A stretch of DNA of 64,000 nucleotides from IMG/VR virus record IMGVR_UViG_3300005405_000007; one strand, written 5' to 3'. Positions 32,619-43,136 of the stretch are shown here, piece after piece. This DNA comes from an uncultured virus (IMG/VR IMGVR_UViG_3300005405_000007) (lineage: Duplodnaviria; Heunggongvirae; Uroviricota; Caudoviricetes). The first letter of the stretch is position 1. The number at the start of each line of letters is the position of its first letter. A model generated the notes under the pieces. It worked only from the letters and a program-made list of their open reading frames with translations, was not told the DNA's origin and did no database searches. Position numbers and translations under genes: made by a program.

Positions 32619-33373
32619 ATGATTATCACTAAACCAGTTGAGGTAACAGAAATTAAACAAATTCCTGTAGGTAAGGTGTGTAATAAATGTGGTCTCCCAT
32701 TTGAAATATATGATGATAGAATTCAATCCTCAAATACTCCTTTAGGAGAATATGGTAACTGTAAATCAGAAATATGTGATAATTGTTGGATAGAATTCAT
32801 AAAAACTTTTGCTATAGTTCCTACTAATTTTATGAGTGACCCAAATTTTACCTCTTCCTTTGATTTAGATCATAGCTTACATCAAAAATTATTTGATCAT
32901 TGGAAAACGACTGGCGAGTGGGAATGTAACGAAAATCCATATAGAGATTATTATTGTAGAGATGGAATGGAAGATGAAAGTGAATTAAATGAAGAAGAGA
33001 ATGATACAATAATTTATCAGTTTGAATATTATAAACCAGAAGTCACAGAATAAAGGAGAGAACTATAATGAGAATAAAAATTACTAAAAACAATCCTAAT
33101 TATAATAGTAATATCACAAATATTAAAAAATATATTGGTCAAGTATTCGATGTCGAAACATTTAATACTAAAGATAAATCTGCAATTGTTTTTGTCAAAG
33201 ATATGGGAAATATAATTATTCGTCCAGATGAATATGAAGTGGTTCATGGCAAAGACATTGCAAAAGAATTAAGCGATTATGTTAAAAACCATTATCCACA
33301 TGAATTGGAATGTCAAGATGTGATTGATTTTATTTTAGAGAATCGTACTGAGATATTTAATATATTGAGGTGA
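32619..33373 (+). other. Two hypothetical ORFs (32619-33053 Zn-binding; 33068-33373)
   Basis: ORFs with RBS. Confidence 0.55.
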
Positions 33374-33642
33374 TAAAAATAATAGGAATTTTATATGGAA
33401 GGAGGTGATTTCTAAAAGTTAAAAAATAAGCAATTATCTATTGAGATTATAGAATTCATGAAAGATAAAGAGATTGAATGTAGTGAAGAAAAATTTCAAA
33501 TTTATTATGGTTTTGCTGAGAGTCAATTGAAAAGCGAAACTAATTGGATGCCATGTGAAAACTGTGATAACCCATTTTGTAATTCACTGGAATTGAGAGT
33601 ATGGTATTGTCCAAATCAATCATAGAAAGAGGTAAAATAAAA

Positions 33643-34092
33643 ATGTTATTAGAACAAATTAAATCAGACTCTCTTGAGGCACGTAAGGCTCGAAAAACTG
33701 ATACCGCAACATTATTAACAACCCTATATTCTGAAGCTTCTATGGTAGGAAAGAATGCCGGAAACAGAGAATCTACAGATGCAGAAGTATTACAAGTCGT
33801 TGAGAAGTTTGTTAAGAATGCAAATGAGATTCAAACAATTCTTTTGAAAAATAATAAAGATACTTGTAATATTGTTTCAGAAATTAAAGTTTTAAGTAAG
33901 TATTTACCTAAGAAAATGAGTGAAGATGAACTTGGTCATGTTATCAGAGGTATAATTAAAGGATTGACTTCGATACAAGATAAATCTCCAAAACTAATGA
34001 GAGAGGTTATGGGTATGCTAAAATTATTGCATGGTGGAAAGTACAATGGAAAGATGGCGAGTGAAATTGCAAAGAAAGGATTGAGCAAATAA
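33643..34092 (+). CDS. GatB/YqeY-domain protein
   Basis: MLLEQIKSDSLEARKA..EIKVLSKYLPKKMSEDEL..MREVMGMLK..GKYNGK. Confidence 0.85.
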   Translation: MLLEQIKSDSLEARKARKTDTATLLTTLYSEASMVGKNAGNRESTDAEVLQVVEKFVKNANEIQTILLKNNKDTCNIVSEIKVLSKYLPKKMSEDELGHVIRGIIKGLTSIQDKSPKLMREVMGMLKLLHGGKYNGKMASEIAKKGLSK

Positions 34093-34532
34093 ATGATATT
34101 AAGTAATGAAGAATTAATAAAACTAGAAGTTCTAATTCTTGGCCCAATAGATGAGGAAGATAACAATAATTGTATGAAATGTACACTTAAAAATCCATGT
34201 TGTGGTTTAATTGATGTATGCAATAAATATGGGTTATTTAATCTTATTGGTGGAGCTAATGATATGGTTAGAGATTTATTTGATACTATTGATAATTTAA
34301 AAGATCAATTATTTAAAATGCGAAAGGAGTGATTAATATGAAACAACTAATCAACAATATGTCAAAAGAGTTATTACCATATGTAAAATTAAATATAATT
34401 ATTAATACATTAGATAAAATTATTTCACGTTTTGTGTCTTTATTGCTGTTTGGTGTGGGTGTATGGTTGTTATTTAAACTTTTAAATCAGATAGTCCTAG
34501 TATTTGGTTTACGTTAAATTTAAGGGTAAAAT

Positions 34533-34625
34533 TCATCTCAAATAGTGATAAATTAACATACTTACAAATGGAGTAATTATTACCACAATCCCTAAAATTG
34601 TAATTACAATTCTTTTAAATCTCAT
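34533..34625 (-). CDS. 30-aa single-TM peptide (type I toxin-like)
   Basis: MRFKRIVITILGIVVIITPFVSMLIYHYLR with AAGGAGTG RBS on the minus strand. Confidence 0.55.
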   Translation of the reverse strand: MRFKRIVITILGIVVIITPFVSMLIYHYLR

Positions 34626-35376
34626 TTCAATCACTCCTTAATATAATAAAAAGACCTTACCCAAAAGTAAGGCAAGGTTGGATGTAAGACGAGAGCATTT
34701 TTGTTGACAAAGTTATAATGCCCAATGTAGTCATAATTATACACTAATAAAGATAGAAAGGAGACGCAATAAAAAATGAGCAAATTAGTTAAAATAGAAG
34801 AACTAAATTCTGAAGAACAAGATTTTTTATGGATTAATAATAAATGTCCATTTTGTGGATCAATTATTCATAATAGAGATTTAAAAGTAGAAATCCCTTA
34901 TTGGATTTGTTATCGATGCGATAGCCAATTTATTGTGGAGTAATATCTAAATCTAATACATAAATAAAATTTAATAAATAAGGAGATGGAAAGGATGATG
35001 GGAAACACATGTAATCTAACGACAAAAGATAATAAGTGCAGAATTATTTGTTGGAAATATGAAGATAAAAGATGTTGTTATTTTTGTGTTGAAAATAATA
35101 TTTGTGAAAAACCTTGTGAGTGGATTAGAAGGATTATTAAGAAAAATAAGAAAGGGTGATTAATATGAAATGCATCAAAGAAGCATGTAAACTAAAATAC
35201 ATATCAGATAATTGTGGATTTTGTGAATTATTAAACACATTTGTTCATGGTGAAGAGCCTGATTGCTTACTGTCTGACAAGATTGTGCAAGTAGAAAATG
35301 AGTTGAGAGAGTATCAATGTGCATTGGATAAGATAATTATGTATCATTATAAGAATCAGAATAAGGAGGTTTAAAA

Positions 35377-35715
35377 ATGGACGATGAACTAGTAGAATAT
35401 TTTGTTGTGAATTCTGAATTAAACATGAGTTGTGGCAAGATTGCTGCACAAGTTGGTCATGTTGCAACAATGATTGCGATAGGCAAAAACAACAAACGAT
35501 GGGATTTGTTTTGGCAATGGTATGAATCAGATCAAAAGAAAATTATTTTACGAGGAAAACAAAAAGATTTGGAAAAATTAATTGGGCAAGGATTTTATTT
35601 TATAAGAGATAATGGGTTAACCGAAATTCCTTATGGAAGTCTTACGGTGGTAGGATTGCCACCTATGTTAAAAAGCGACGCACAGAAATTTGTGAAGAGA
35701 TTGCAGTTGCTATAA
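35377..35715 (+). CDS. Peptidyl-tRNA hydrolase (Pth2 family), second copy
   Basis: MSCGKIAAQVGH, QKKIILR, IRDNGLTEI; 60 bp identical to the first copy. Confidence 0.9.
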   Translation: MDDELVEYFVVNSELNMSCGKIAAQVGHVATMIAIGKNNKRWDLFWQWYESDQKKIILRGKQKDLEKLIGQGFYFIRDNGLTEIPYGSLTVVGLPPMLKSDAQKFVKRLQLL

Positions 35716-35770
35716 AAAATGTATTCTATACTTAAATAGACAAAAATAATCATTAGGAGGAATAAAATAT

Positions 35771-36550
35771 TTGAAATTATATTATAAAGATGAATATGCG
35801 AAACTTATTCATGGTGATTGTAGTGAAGTTTTAAATAATATGATAGAAAAAAGTATTCAAGTAGATATGATATTAACTGACCCTCCGTATGGAATAGAAT
35901 ATCAAAGTAATTGGGGAAGAAATGGCAATAAATTAGATAAAATAAAAAATGATGACAACCTTGATTGGTTTCAAAATTTTTCAGATCAATGCTATAAAAC
36001 ACTAAAAGATAATTCAGCGTTCTATTGTTTTACAAGATATGACGTATACCCATTAATGTATCAGTGTTTGGTGAAAAGTGGATTTAAAGTAAAAAACCTT
36101 TTAGTTCTTCAAAAAGGACAGAAGGGAGGGAACGGTGATTTACAAGCTCAATACGCAAATGATTGTGAATACATAATATATGCTAACAAAGGCAGAAGAA
36201 AGTTTAATAAAACACAACTAGCTAAGACAGATGGTAGAAAGGGAGCAAGTGAATACAGAACAAGATTACCTAATGTTTGGTTTGATACAAATTATAATAC
36301 ATATCCAAAATCTACAGTAAATGTTTCAAATCAAAATGAAGATTTAATTCATCCTACAGAGAAAAATATTGAGTGTTTAAATTGGTTTATAGAAATTAGT
36401 AGTAATATAAATGATATAATATTAGATCCTTTTTGCGGGAGTGGAAGTACATCTGTTTCAGCCAGGAATTTACATAGAAAAAGTATAGGAATTGAATTAG
36501 AAGAAAAATATTGCGAATTAACTAAAATTAGATTAGAGAGCATAGCCTGA
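35771..36550 (+). CDS. DNA amino-methyltransferase (N4C/N6A, beta class)
   Basis: TDPPY, HPTEK, LDPFCGSGST. Confidence 0.93.
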   Translation: MKLYYKDEYAKLIHGDCSEVLNNMIEKSIQVDMILTDPPYGIEYQSNWGRNGNKLDKIKNDDNLDWFQNFSDQCYKTLKDNSAFYCFTRYDVYPLMYQCLVKSGFKVKNLLVLQKGQKGGNGDLQAQYANDCEYIIYANKGRRKFNKTQLAKTDGRKGASEYRTRLPNVWFDTNYNTYPKSTVNVSNQNEDLIHPTEKNIECLNWFIEISSNINDIILDPFCGSGSTSVSARNLHRKSIGIELEEKYCELTKIRLESIA

Positions 36551-36629
36551 AACCATTGCTATAAGCCACTTTTAGAAATACATATTTCCTATGAAATCAG
36601 GATTTTGAGCTATTTAGAAAGGAGGGTTT

Positions 36630-36953
36630 ATGTCTGGTCTTACACCTGAAAAGAAAAAACAACTAAAAGAACTTATGGGTAGTTGCCCATCACCTATTAG
36701 TTGGAGTTTGGTAAGTATGGAGGAGAGATATAAGATGATTAAACCATTAATTGAATTAATAACTTGTGAATCAGGAGATTGGGAGGTATTACAAGTAAAT
36801 TTAGGTGAAGATTTTGTACGTGAAGGGCATAGAGTCTCAAATGAAGATTGGATTAGGTTATTGAAGGAGTTAGGGTATCCAGTTGTAGAGAAACTTTTAA
36901 AGGATGAAGATATGGAATACGGTGATTATAATGTAAAAGGGATTGATGAATAA
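36630..36953 (+). CDS. Hypothetical phage protein
   Basis: AAGGAGG RBS. Confidence 0.55.
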   Translation: MSGLTPEKKKQLKELMGSCPSPISWSLVSMEERYKMIKPLIELITCESGDWEVLQVNLGEDFVREGHRVSNEDWIRLLKELGYPVVEKLLKDEDMEYGDYNVKGIDE

Positions 36954-37199
36954 ATAATAAACATTGAAGAATTTGAGACAAATAAAGTTTATAGACATTA
37001 TAAAGGAAATTATTATTATGTTATGGATTTAGCAGAGCATACAGAAACAAATGAATTAATGGTTGTATACCATGCTTTATATAGTGATTATGAGTGTTAT
37101 GTTAGACCATTTGCTATGTTCGTGGAAGAATTGGATGATGTTACAAAGGGTTTATATAAACAGGAATATAGATTTGTGCCAGTCGATATGAGCAAATAA
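36954..37199 (+). CDS. DUF1653-family protein (no ATG/GTG/TTG before the conserved N-terminus)
   Basis: YRHYKGNYY..AEHTETNELMVVYHALY..YVRPFAMF..QEYRF. Confidence 0.8.
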   Translation: MINIEEFETNKVYRHYKGNYYYVMDLAEHTETNELMVVYHALYSDYECYVRPFAMFVEELDDVTKGLYKQEYRFVPVDMSK

Positions 37200-37263
37200 A
37201 TGAGAAGTTTCATGCTAATTTGTAAATAAAAATAAAATAATAAATAAGAAAGAGGTAATTAAG

Positions 37264-37938
37264 ATATTAGAATTAAATAAAGTACATAATATAGATGCAA
37301 TTGAAGGATTGAAAAATATTCTTCCAGAAAGTATTGATATGATTTTTACAGATCCTCCATATAAATTAGTGGCTGGAGGTAGAAAGAATTCACTTCTAAG
37401 AAACAATGATGGTGAGAATCCATTCACGACATCAGGAGAATGCTTTAATTATAAAACGCCAGAATTTAGTGAATGGATACCTCTTTTATATCCCATTATG
37501 AAAAATAGTAGTTACATATTTATTATGACAAATGATAGAAATATGAGAGTAATTTGGGATGAATGTGAGAAAGCAGGTTTTGTATTTTGTGAACTTTTAG
37601 TAATGAATAAAACAAATGCAGTACCTTCATCTTATTTCTATAAATCATGTGAGTTTATTCTTATGTTTAGAAAGGGTGGGTATAGAAAACTTGAAAAATT
37701 TGGTCAGAAAACAGTATTTGACGTAGTGATGCCAAGAGGTAAAAATAAAGTTCATCCAACTCAAAAACCAGAAGAATTAATTAGACCAATTATAGAAAGT
37801 TGTACTAAAGAAAACGAAGTGATACTCGACCCATTCATGGGTAGCTGTGTGGTGGCAAAAGTAGCAAAAGATATGGGTAGACAATTTTTAGGGATTGAAA
37901 TTGATAATACATATTTAAATAACTCATTAATTAAATAA
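37264..37938 (+). CDS. DNA amino-methyltransferase (beta class), probable ATA start
   Basis: LELNKVHNIDAIEGL, TDPPY, HPTQKP, LDPFMGS. Confidence 0.92.
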   Translation: MLELNKVHNIDAIEGLKNILPESIDMIFTDPPYKLVAGGRKNSLLRNNDGENPFTTSGECFNYKTPEFSEWIPLLYPIMKNSSYIFIMTNDRNMRVIWDECEKAGFVFCELLVMNKTNAVPSSYFYKSCEFILMFRKGGYRKLEKFGQKTVFDVVMPRGKNKVHPTQKPEELIRPIIESCTKENEVILDPFMGSCVVAKVAKDMGRQFLGIEIDNTYLNNSLIK

Positions 37939-38054
37939 TACATAAAAACTAACCTCTCTCATACTCACTTATACTCTTAAATGCTCCGTTTTTCAAGACC
38001 ATAAATTCCCTTAAAATTGTGATTTTAGAGGGTATAAAGACAAAAATAAAATAT

Positions 38055-38083
38055 TTGACATCGTGACTTAATTCATGTATTAT
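38055..38083 (+). promoter_or_regulatory. SigA promoter upstream of ligA
   Basis: TTGACA-17-TATTAT. Confidence 0.65.
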
Positions 38084-38135
38084 TAAACATAGGGATTAAG
38101 TCTAAATTTTTATATAAGAAAGAAGGAATGTGTAA

Positions 38136-40136
38136 ATGGATAAAATGATTCAAATGAAAGAACTTGTAAAAGAACTTAATAAGCACTCTTACGAATATTA
38201 TACTTTAAGTAATCCAAGTGTCTCAGACAAAGAGTATGACGCGAAATATCGGTCACTAGAAGCTTTAGAAGCAGAATTAAATGTAATACTTCCCGACAGT
38301 CCGACACAAAGAATTGGAGACGTTGTATTAGATAAATTTGAGAAACATGAACACAAAGCCAGATTATATTCGATGGATAAGGCACAAAATATAGAAGAAC
38401 TTGATATTTGGCATAATAAAAATATACAATTTGCAAAACAAAATAAATTACCAAAACTTCAATATGTTGTAGAGAAAAAATTCGATGGTCTCACAATCAA
38501 TAATACATACAAAGGTATACTATTGTCTTCTGCAACTAGAGGCACTGGTGGAATTAAAGGAGAATTAGTTACAGCACAAGTTAAAACAATCAAATCAATT
38601 CCATTAAGTATCCCCAGCGATATTTTATTAGAAGTACATGGTGAAGCGTATATGAAGAAAAGTGTATTTAATAAGTATAATGAAGCTGTTCAAATTCCTT
38701 TAAAAAATGTAAGAAATGGTGCATCTGGAGCAATCAAAAATTTAGATGCAAATGAAACTGCTAATAAAAATTTAGATGCTTTCTTTTATGATATCGGTTA
38801 TAGCGAGGGATTAAAGTTTAATACTTACATGGATATGATGAAATTCATTGAGGATATGAGATTGCCAGTTGATCAAGATTATTATCTCTGCAACACTATT
38901 GAAGAAGTTAAAGAGAAAATTGCATTAATTGAAAAACTTAGACCAAATTTAGATTATGAAATAGATGGCGCAATAGTAAGCATCAATGATATTCAAACAA
39001 GAGAATTAATGGGATTTGCTACAAAATTTCCTCGATGGGCAATTGCATATAAATATGAGTCAGAAGAGGCAACAACAGAAATATTGGATGCAGAATTCAA
39101 CACAGGAAGAACTGGAAAAGTAACTCCTAGAGGTCTAGTAGAACCAGTTGAATTGATGGGAGCGACTGTAAATTATGTAACATTAAACAGTATGGATGAT
39201 ATTAAACGCAAAGGGGTTAAAATTGGTGCAACAATATTTATAAGACGCTCAAATGACGTTATTCCTGAAGTCTTAGGTGTTGTGGAAGATAGTGTTACAG
39301 ATGATATGCCAGATATTAAAATGCCAACACATTGTCAATCATGTGGAAGTGAATTAGTTCAAGATGGGGTACATTATTTTTGTATGAATTCACTAAACTG
39401 TAAAGCACAAATTGTAAAATCAATAGACCATTTTGGTAGTCTTCAAGCTATGAATATTGATGGATTTAGTGAGAAGACAGCAGAATTATTTATTAAAAAT
39501 GGAATTATTGATAATGTTTTGGATTTATTTAGTCTTGAAAGTAGAAGGGAGAAAATAATCAAGTTACCTAAATTTGGAGTCAAGAAATATAATAATCTAA
39601 TTCAATCTATTGAAAATTGTAAAACTGCAACATTGCAACAATTTATTTTTAGTCTGGGGATTGATGATATTGGGTTAGGAGGTTCAAAGAATTTATGTAA
39701 TCATTTCAATAATAATATAAATGATATTATGAATGCAACAAAAACAGAATTGTTAAAAGTAAAGGATTTTGGTCCAATTACATCTGATAGTGTTTACAGT
39801 TATTTCAATAATAAAGATCATCGTTTACTGGTAGAAGGGTTGTTAGAATACATTACATTTAAGAGTGAGGGAAAGAAGGAAGTGAGTGATGTGGACGGTA
39901 TTTTAAGTGGTAAAAAGTGTTACTGTACAGGCACGTTCGAATCGTATAAGAAGGAAGAATTAAAGAATATTGTAGAGGGATTAGGTGGAGAATTTGCAAA
40001 TGGATTTAATAAATCTTTGGATTTTTTAGTTGTAGGAAAATTAAAAGGTTCTTCAAAAACTCAAAAAGCATTGGACGCAGGAGTTAAAGTATTACAAGAG
40101 AATGAATTTTTAACGATGATAGGGGAAATAGATTAG
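38136..40136 (+). CDS. ligA: NAD-dependent DNA ligase
   Basis: YY..P.VSD.EYD, EKKFDG, ATRG, DYEIDG, PRWAIAYK, GRTG, Zn finger, HhH and BRCT. Confidence 0.96.
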   Translation: MDKMIQMKELVKELNKHSYEYYTLSNPSVSDKEYDAKYRSLEALEAELNVILPDSPTQRIGDVVLDKFEKHEHKARLYSMDKAQNIEELDIWHNKNIQFAKQNKLPKLQYVVEKKFDGLTINNTYKGILLSSATRGTGGIKGELVTAQVKTIKSIPLSIPSDILLEVHGEAYMKKSVFNKYNEAVQIPLKNVRNGASGAIKNLDANETANKNLDAFFYDIGYSEGLKFNTYMDMMKFIEDMRLPVDQDYYLCNTIEEVKEKIALIEKLRPNLDYEIDGAIVSINDIQTRELMGFATKFPRWAIAYKYESEEATTEILDAEFNTGRTGKVTPRGLVEPVELMGATVNYVTLNSMDDIKRKGVKIGATIFIRRSNDVIPEVLGVVEDSVTDDMPDIKMPTHCQSCGSELVQDGVHYFCMNSLNCKAQIVKSIDHFGSLQAMNIDGFSEKTAELFIKNGIIDNVLDLFSLESRREKIIKLPKFGVKKYNNLIQSIENCKTATLQQFIFSLGIDDIGLGGSKNLCNHFNNNINDIMNATKTELLKVKDFGPITSDSVYSYFNNKDHRLLVEGLLEYITFKSEGKKEVSDVDGILSGKKCYCTGTFESYKKEELKNIVEGLGGEFANGFNKSLDFLVVGKLKGSSKTQKALDAGVKVLQENEFLTMIGEID

Positions 40137-40142
40137 AATAAT

Positions 40143-40350
40143 AATTGAGCGAGGGGTTGAAAAACAGATCCAGTCACAATAAAAACCGAATCCCAAACGG
40201 TGTGATTAATAATAAAACTGGGTGTTTGCTCAATTTATAACACGAAATGTTTAAGGACTAACTAGGATTTGGTCACTGAAAATTACAAAAGGCTTTTTGG
40301 CTTAGTGTTTCACTTTTGTAACTGTTAGTCCTTATTATTCAACAACCCCT
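40143..40350 (+). ncRNA. Candidate ~210-nt multi-stem, pseudoknotted ncRNA, family unknown
   Basis: AATTGAGC/GCTCAATT, AAACA..CCAGT/ACTGG..TGTTT, ACCG/CGGT, AAGGACTAAC/GTTAGTCCTT, TTACAAAAG/CTTTTGTAA; long-range AGGGGTT/AACCCCT and CACTGA/TTAGTG; strand assumed. Confidence 0.6.
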
Positions 40351-40589
40351 TCAGAATATCGATTTTGTTGGAAAGGACTGAAATTTAATTGGATGAAGTA
40401 ATTAAGGATGAATTATTAAAAGTTATATTTAAACATAAAGATTGGCAATGTGGTATGAATTGCTCAGAATGTAAACTAGATAAAAATGTAACAAATCACA
40501 GGATAACTATATGTGAGATATTAACAGATTTAGAAATTACAATACAATCATAGCCCAATTTTAAAGGGTAGAAGAAAGGGGTATTTACT

Positions 40590-41337
40590 ATGAGTGAAAA
40601 TAAAGTAGGATTTAGTTATGGAGTTTTATATGATCCATTAGAAAAACAAGCAAATGAACAGGGTTATACATTAGGAGATAAAGCAGAGATATTTGAGGAG
40701 ATTAGAAATTCTATAAATATGTGTATGTTTCATGTGGCAACTGATTCTCAAGTGTCTACCATGACAAAGAAATTGCACAATAAAGTTGTTAAGACATTAA
40801 AATCATTAAAATAATTATATAGAAACCTCATAAGTTGGAGGAGGTAATTATAAATGGATTTTGACAACATGACAAGAGAAGAATTGTTAGAGGGTTTAAA
40901 AGAAAGTTATATGAAATTAATTCGTCCTATACCCCATAGTTCATCATTTAAAGTTGGCAATTATTACAGGGGCGAACAAATTGGAGACGATGAAATAGAG
41001 GTATATGGAGATGATATTCTACTATATTTAACATTTGAAGAAACAGATAAGTATTTTAGAGAATAGAAAGGATGATAAAATAATGACTGAAACAGCAATG
41101 ACAAAAACAGAAATTTTACTTTATGGAGCTTTACTTGAAAGTGATATGTATGCTGATGGATATGGTTCAACTGAAGAAGATACAGAATTACTTCAAAAAG
41201 CTTTAATGAAGGTTTATGGAGTCATAGATAAAACTTCAGAAGATGCAGTAAAAGCAGAAAATCAAATACATGAAGATATGAAAAATTTAGTTGTAGAATT
41301 AAGGAGTAGGGTAAAAGAATATTTAGGTGAAAAGTAG
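40590..41337 (+). other. Three short hypothetical ORFs
   Basis: 40590-40814, 40854-41066 and ~41083-41337, each with RBS. Confidence 0.55.
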
Positions 41338-41391
41338 TACCATAAAAAGTTCTTTTATGTTATTTTTAAAGAAGGAAGAAGGATTATATAA

Positions 41392-42333
41392 ATGAAAGTA
41401 AAATTGTTTACGCATACAGATTTAGACGGTGTTTCTTGTGGAATTATAGGTAAATTAGCTTTTCCAGAAATTAATATTGAATACTGTGATTATGATAACG
41501 TAAATGATAAAATCAAACAATACATAGAGTCAGAAGAATATAAAGATTATGATACAATATTTATTACTGATATTTCAGTAAATGAAGAAGTGGCAAAATT
41601 AATTGATAATGTATTTACTCAAGAACACGAATTTGTATTGTTGGATCATCATAAAACTGCTTTGTGACTAAATAAATATAGATGGGTAGATGTTAGCGAA
41701 GGTTTAGTTGATAGAAAAAATAGTGGAACATATATGTTTTATCAAAATATCTTATTGTTTTATATTCCAGAATATCATACAAGATATAATATCTTAGAAA
41801 ACGCTGACAGTTTTGTTGAAATAGTTAGGCAATATGACACATGGGAATGGAAAAATAAATATAATAATATTATTCCTAAACAAGTAAATGACTTAATGTA
41901 TATTATTGGAAGAGAAGCATTTGTATATAACGTCTTAAACCAATTTACGATGATGCGTGAATTTGAATTAAAAGAAGAAGATTACGTATTGCTTAGAAGG
42001 AACCAAGAAAAAATTGATAGTTACATAGACACTAAAAACGAATCAATCATCGTAAAAGATATTCGAGGGTATCAGGCAGGAGTAGTTTTCGCAGAAAGAT
42101 ATTCTTCAGAATTGGGTAATAAATTATCTGAATTACATCCAGAACTAGATTTCATTGCAATTATTAATCCATCTCATTCTGTTAGTTATAGAACTGTGAA
42201 GAAAGGTATTGACTTGAGTATTGTCGCTAGTGCGTTCGGTGGAGGTGGACATATTTCTGCAAGTGGTAGTCCTATTGATGAGGATATGAGAAATAAGATT
42301 ATTGATTTAGTGTTTGAATCGAAAGGAGAATGA
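41392..42333 (+). pseudogene. DHH/DHHA1 phosphoesterase (NrnB/oligoribonuclease-like) with in-frame TGA at 41665
   Basis: HTDLDG, ITD, LDHHKTAL*LNKYRW; C-terminal GGGGHISASG in the same frame. Confidence 0.85.
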
Positions 42334-42337
42334 ATAA

Positions 42338-43136
42338 ATGAGCAACAATAAACAAGAAATCTCAATCGACCGTGTAAAACAAATCGTTAAAGAGGAATTA
42401 CAAAAATATGTTCAAGGTAATTTATCGGAAGAGAATTTGAGAAAAACAATTCAAAGTCAATTAGAAAAATCAGGGCAAGATATTGTATTTAAACAATTGG
42501 GTTTAAGAAGAGATTCATGGAAAAGTGGTTGGGAATTAAATGGAGGTTACGGAGGACTTAATGAAGCGGTTAAAAGACTAAATATTTATGATATTGGAGA
42601 ACAAGTAATTAAAGAAATCATTAAAGATGTAACTCCTGAAGATGTATTAGCATCACTTAATAAACAAAACATTCAATCATTAAAAAAGGTTTACAGAGAA
42701 GTTTTAATGGATTATTTTACAAGTAGAGTAAGAGAATTCGCACAAGAACATGGTAGAGAACAAGCTGAAAAATTATTTAAAGAATATTTGTTTGTAGAGC
42801 AATCCAACCAAATTTAACTTTTATCGGATTAAAAGGTGATTTATTGTGAAAAATGCATGGGAATTAACTAGTCAAAAATATAAAACTCAATTAGAAGAAA
42901 TATATGATAATATCAATCAAAATAGGATGAATGAATATAATAAATTAACAAAGAAAATGAGAAGTGAATCTAAAAAGAAATTATTACATACTAGAATGTT
43001 TTTAAACCAATTAACAAAAGAAGAATATGTAAACGAATATCTACAGTGGCATAAAGATTGTGTACTTAATGCTATTGAAGATAAAAAACCGATACCAACG
43101 GAAGTATTGAAGGAGTATAATTTTGAAAGGATGTAA
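42338..43136 (+). other. Two hypothetical ORFs (42338-42817, 42846-43136)
   Basis: ORFs with RBS. Confidence 0.55.

Noticed and set aside
4214..41667. Stop-codon reassignment (TAG or TGA read as an amino acid)
   Set aside because: Only one case of each; TAG and TGA end many intact genes, and long genes have no internal stops
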